In this document: in pieces, positions 63,408-64,000 of the stretch
Numbering within the stretch: position 1 is the stretch's first letter
Layout: each line of letters starts with the position of its first letter
Origin: Alphaproteobacteria bacterium
GTDB lineage: Bacteria > Pseudomonadota > Alphaproteobacteria > MPNO01
Assembly (NCBI GenBank): GCA_965203455.1
Contig: CBDBCV010000017.1
Coordinates: forward strand, 8,639-72,638
Direction: 5' to 3'
Length of the DNA stretch: 64,000 nucleotides
Notes under the pieces: generated by a model
Told to the model about the DNA's origin: nothing
Seen by the model: the letters and a program-made list of their open reading frames with translations, nothing else
Database searches by the model: none
Program-made: the position numbers and the translations under genes

Positions 63408-63968
63408 TCATGGCTCGCGTGGCCCGGTGGCCTCGCCCGCGCGGGGAAATCCGGGCTGGGCGCGGCGCGCGATGGCGCGCTGTATCAGCGACAGCATCCA
63501 GTAGAGGAACGGAAAGACGGCGAGGGTCAGCGCGAACTGGAATGCGAGCGGCGCCGGGTCGACGTATCGAAGGTGCCAGGCCATGACCGCGAGCCAGAAC
63601 ACCAGCGAGGCGAACGCCGCCGTCAGGCCGAACGCCCACCACACGATCAGGAAGGTCTTGCCGCGGAAGAACACGCGCTGGAACACGATGACGCCGTAGA
63701 CGATCAGCAGCGTGAGCGCGTTGAGCCCGATCGGCCCGGCGTTCATCAGGTCCTGCCACAGGCCGAGCGGCAGGACGGCGATCGCCGGCATCAGGTCGGG
63801 CCGGTAAATCGTCCAGTAGAACACCGCGATCAGGCCGAGATTGGGCGCGACCGGACCGACCGAGGACACGTTGACCGGCATCGCCGAGAACATGATCAGC
63901 ACCAGCGAGACGACGAACGGCGCGAGGTCCGTGGCGAGCCCGTCGAGCCGCCGGAGCAGTCGGTTCAC
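63408..63968 (-). CDS. mreD: Rod-shape-determining protein MreD
   Basis: 186 aa polytopic protein with a GTG start whose GTGA overlaps the upstream stop. Position is immediately upstream of mrdA. Confidence 0.8.
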   Translation of the reverse strand: MNRLLRRLDGLATDLAPFVVSLVLIMFSAMPVNVSSVGPVAPNLGLIAVFYWTIYRPDLMPAIAVLPLGLWQDLMNAGPIGLNALTLLIVYGVIVFQRVFFRGKTFLIVWWAFGLTAAFASLVFWLAVMAWHLRYVDPAPLAFQFALTLAVFPFLYWMLSLIQRAIARRAQPGFPRAGEATGPREP

Positions 63969-64000
63969 CGCGGCGTCCCGCCGGGAGGAGCCCCCCCGAG
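63965..64000 (-). CDS. mreC: 3' end of an upstream gene, presumably mreC (window edge)
   Basis: Open frame ending in a TGA that overlaps the mreD GTG. Assignment rests on position only. Confidence 0.3.
   Translation of the reverse strand, partial: LGGAPPGGTPR

Overview
This is a GC-rich 64 kb chromosomal segment (GC judged by eye, not computed). It has an alphaproteobacterial flavour: a CCA-encoding tRNA-Lys and the gene order mreC-mreD-mrdA-rodA at the right end. Coding density is high.

Left 5.5 kb: a divergent SAM methyltransferase gene (cut by the window edge), an amino-acid ABC substrate-binding protein, amtB followed by a STAS-domain protein rather than glnK, an SDR and a zinc alcohol dehydrogenase.

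5.7-10.5 kb is IS-scarred. An intact IS3-family element (orfA/orfB with a TTTTTTG slippery site, about 50-bp imperfect inverted repeats, 3-bp ATG target duplication) splits a short MetE-like gene. A 3'-truncated IS66 element (tnpA, tnpB, 5' part of tnpC) is fused in frame to the C-terminal part of a TPR-like host gene.

10.5-29.4 kb is a fatty-acid/aromatic-acid uptake and beta-oxidation block. It holds livHMGF with an acyl-CoA synthetase, a LivK-like binding protein, a convergent fadD-fadA-fadB-like operon, a large acyl-CoA dehydrogenase, an FAD aromatic monooxygenase, an LLM oxidoreductase, an internally duplicated VOC protein and an opine-dehydrogenase-like gene.

29.5-53 kb is an accessory catabolic mosaic: a Cys-type sulfatase coupled to an HpaB-family gene, PPK2, a serine/threonine dehydratase, a PNPOx-like reductase and a second, intact MetE-like gene. 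An IS110-family element lies next to an orphan xanthine-dehydrogenase-family Mo large subunit, which is co-operonic with an SCP-x-type thiolase and a DUF35 protein. Further on come an Fcs-like CoA ligase, a DUF3237 / GltS-like FMN / AlsS-like ThDP trio, another acyl-CoA synthetase, and three adjacent genes with frameshifts (SDR, HCCA-isomerase-like, 2-hydroxyacid dehydrogenase).

53-60 kb: a BNR-repeat protein and two tandem ACAD-fold flavin monooxygenase paralogues with RidA. These are followed by a tightly coupled exported trio: a Tat-amidohydrolase, a small His/Met-rich periplasmic protein and a di-haem MauG-like cytochrome c peroxidase.

Three families of intergenic palindromic repeats are present and none is CRISPR. 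(i) A MITE-like element of about 115-140 bp whose spurious translation reads 'PGLVPGIHV'; it has four full copies plus a longer nested variant. (ii) A 267-bp nested-palindrome element, with a solo-arm copy near mreD. (iii) A GC-rich double-hairpin unit, present twice in opposite orientations at gene ends, one copy abutting the IS110.

A roughly 125-bp array of TCGrCATT / AATGyCGA half-sites lies upstream of the DUF35-thiolase-XdhL operon. No rRNA, CRISPR or recognisable defence system was seen. The most system-like novelties are the exported amidohydrolase / small protein / di-haem peroxidase module with its monooxygenase pair, the orphan Mo-hydroxylase operon with its candidate operator array, and the MITE families.
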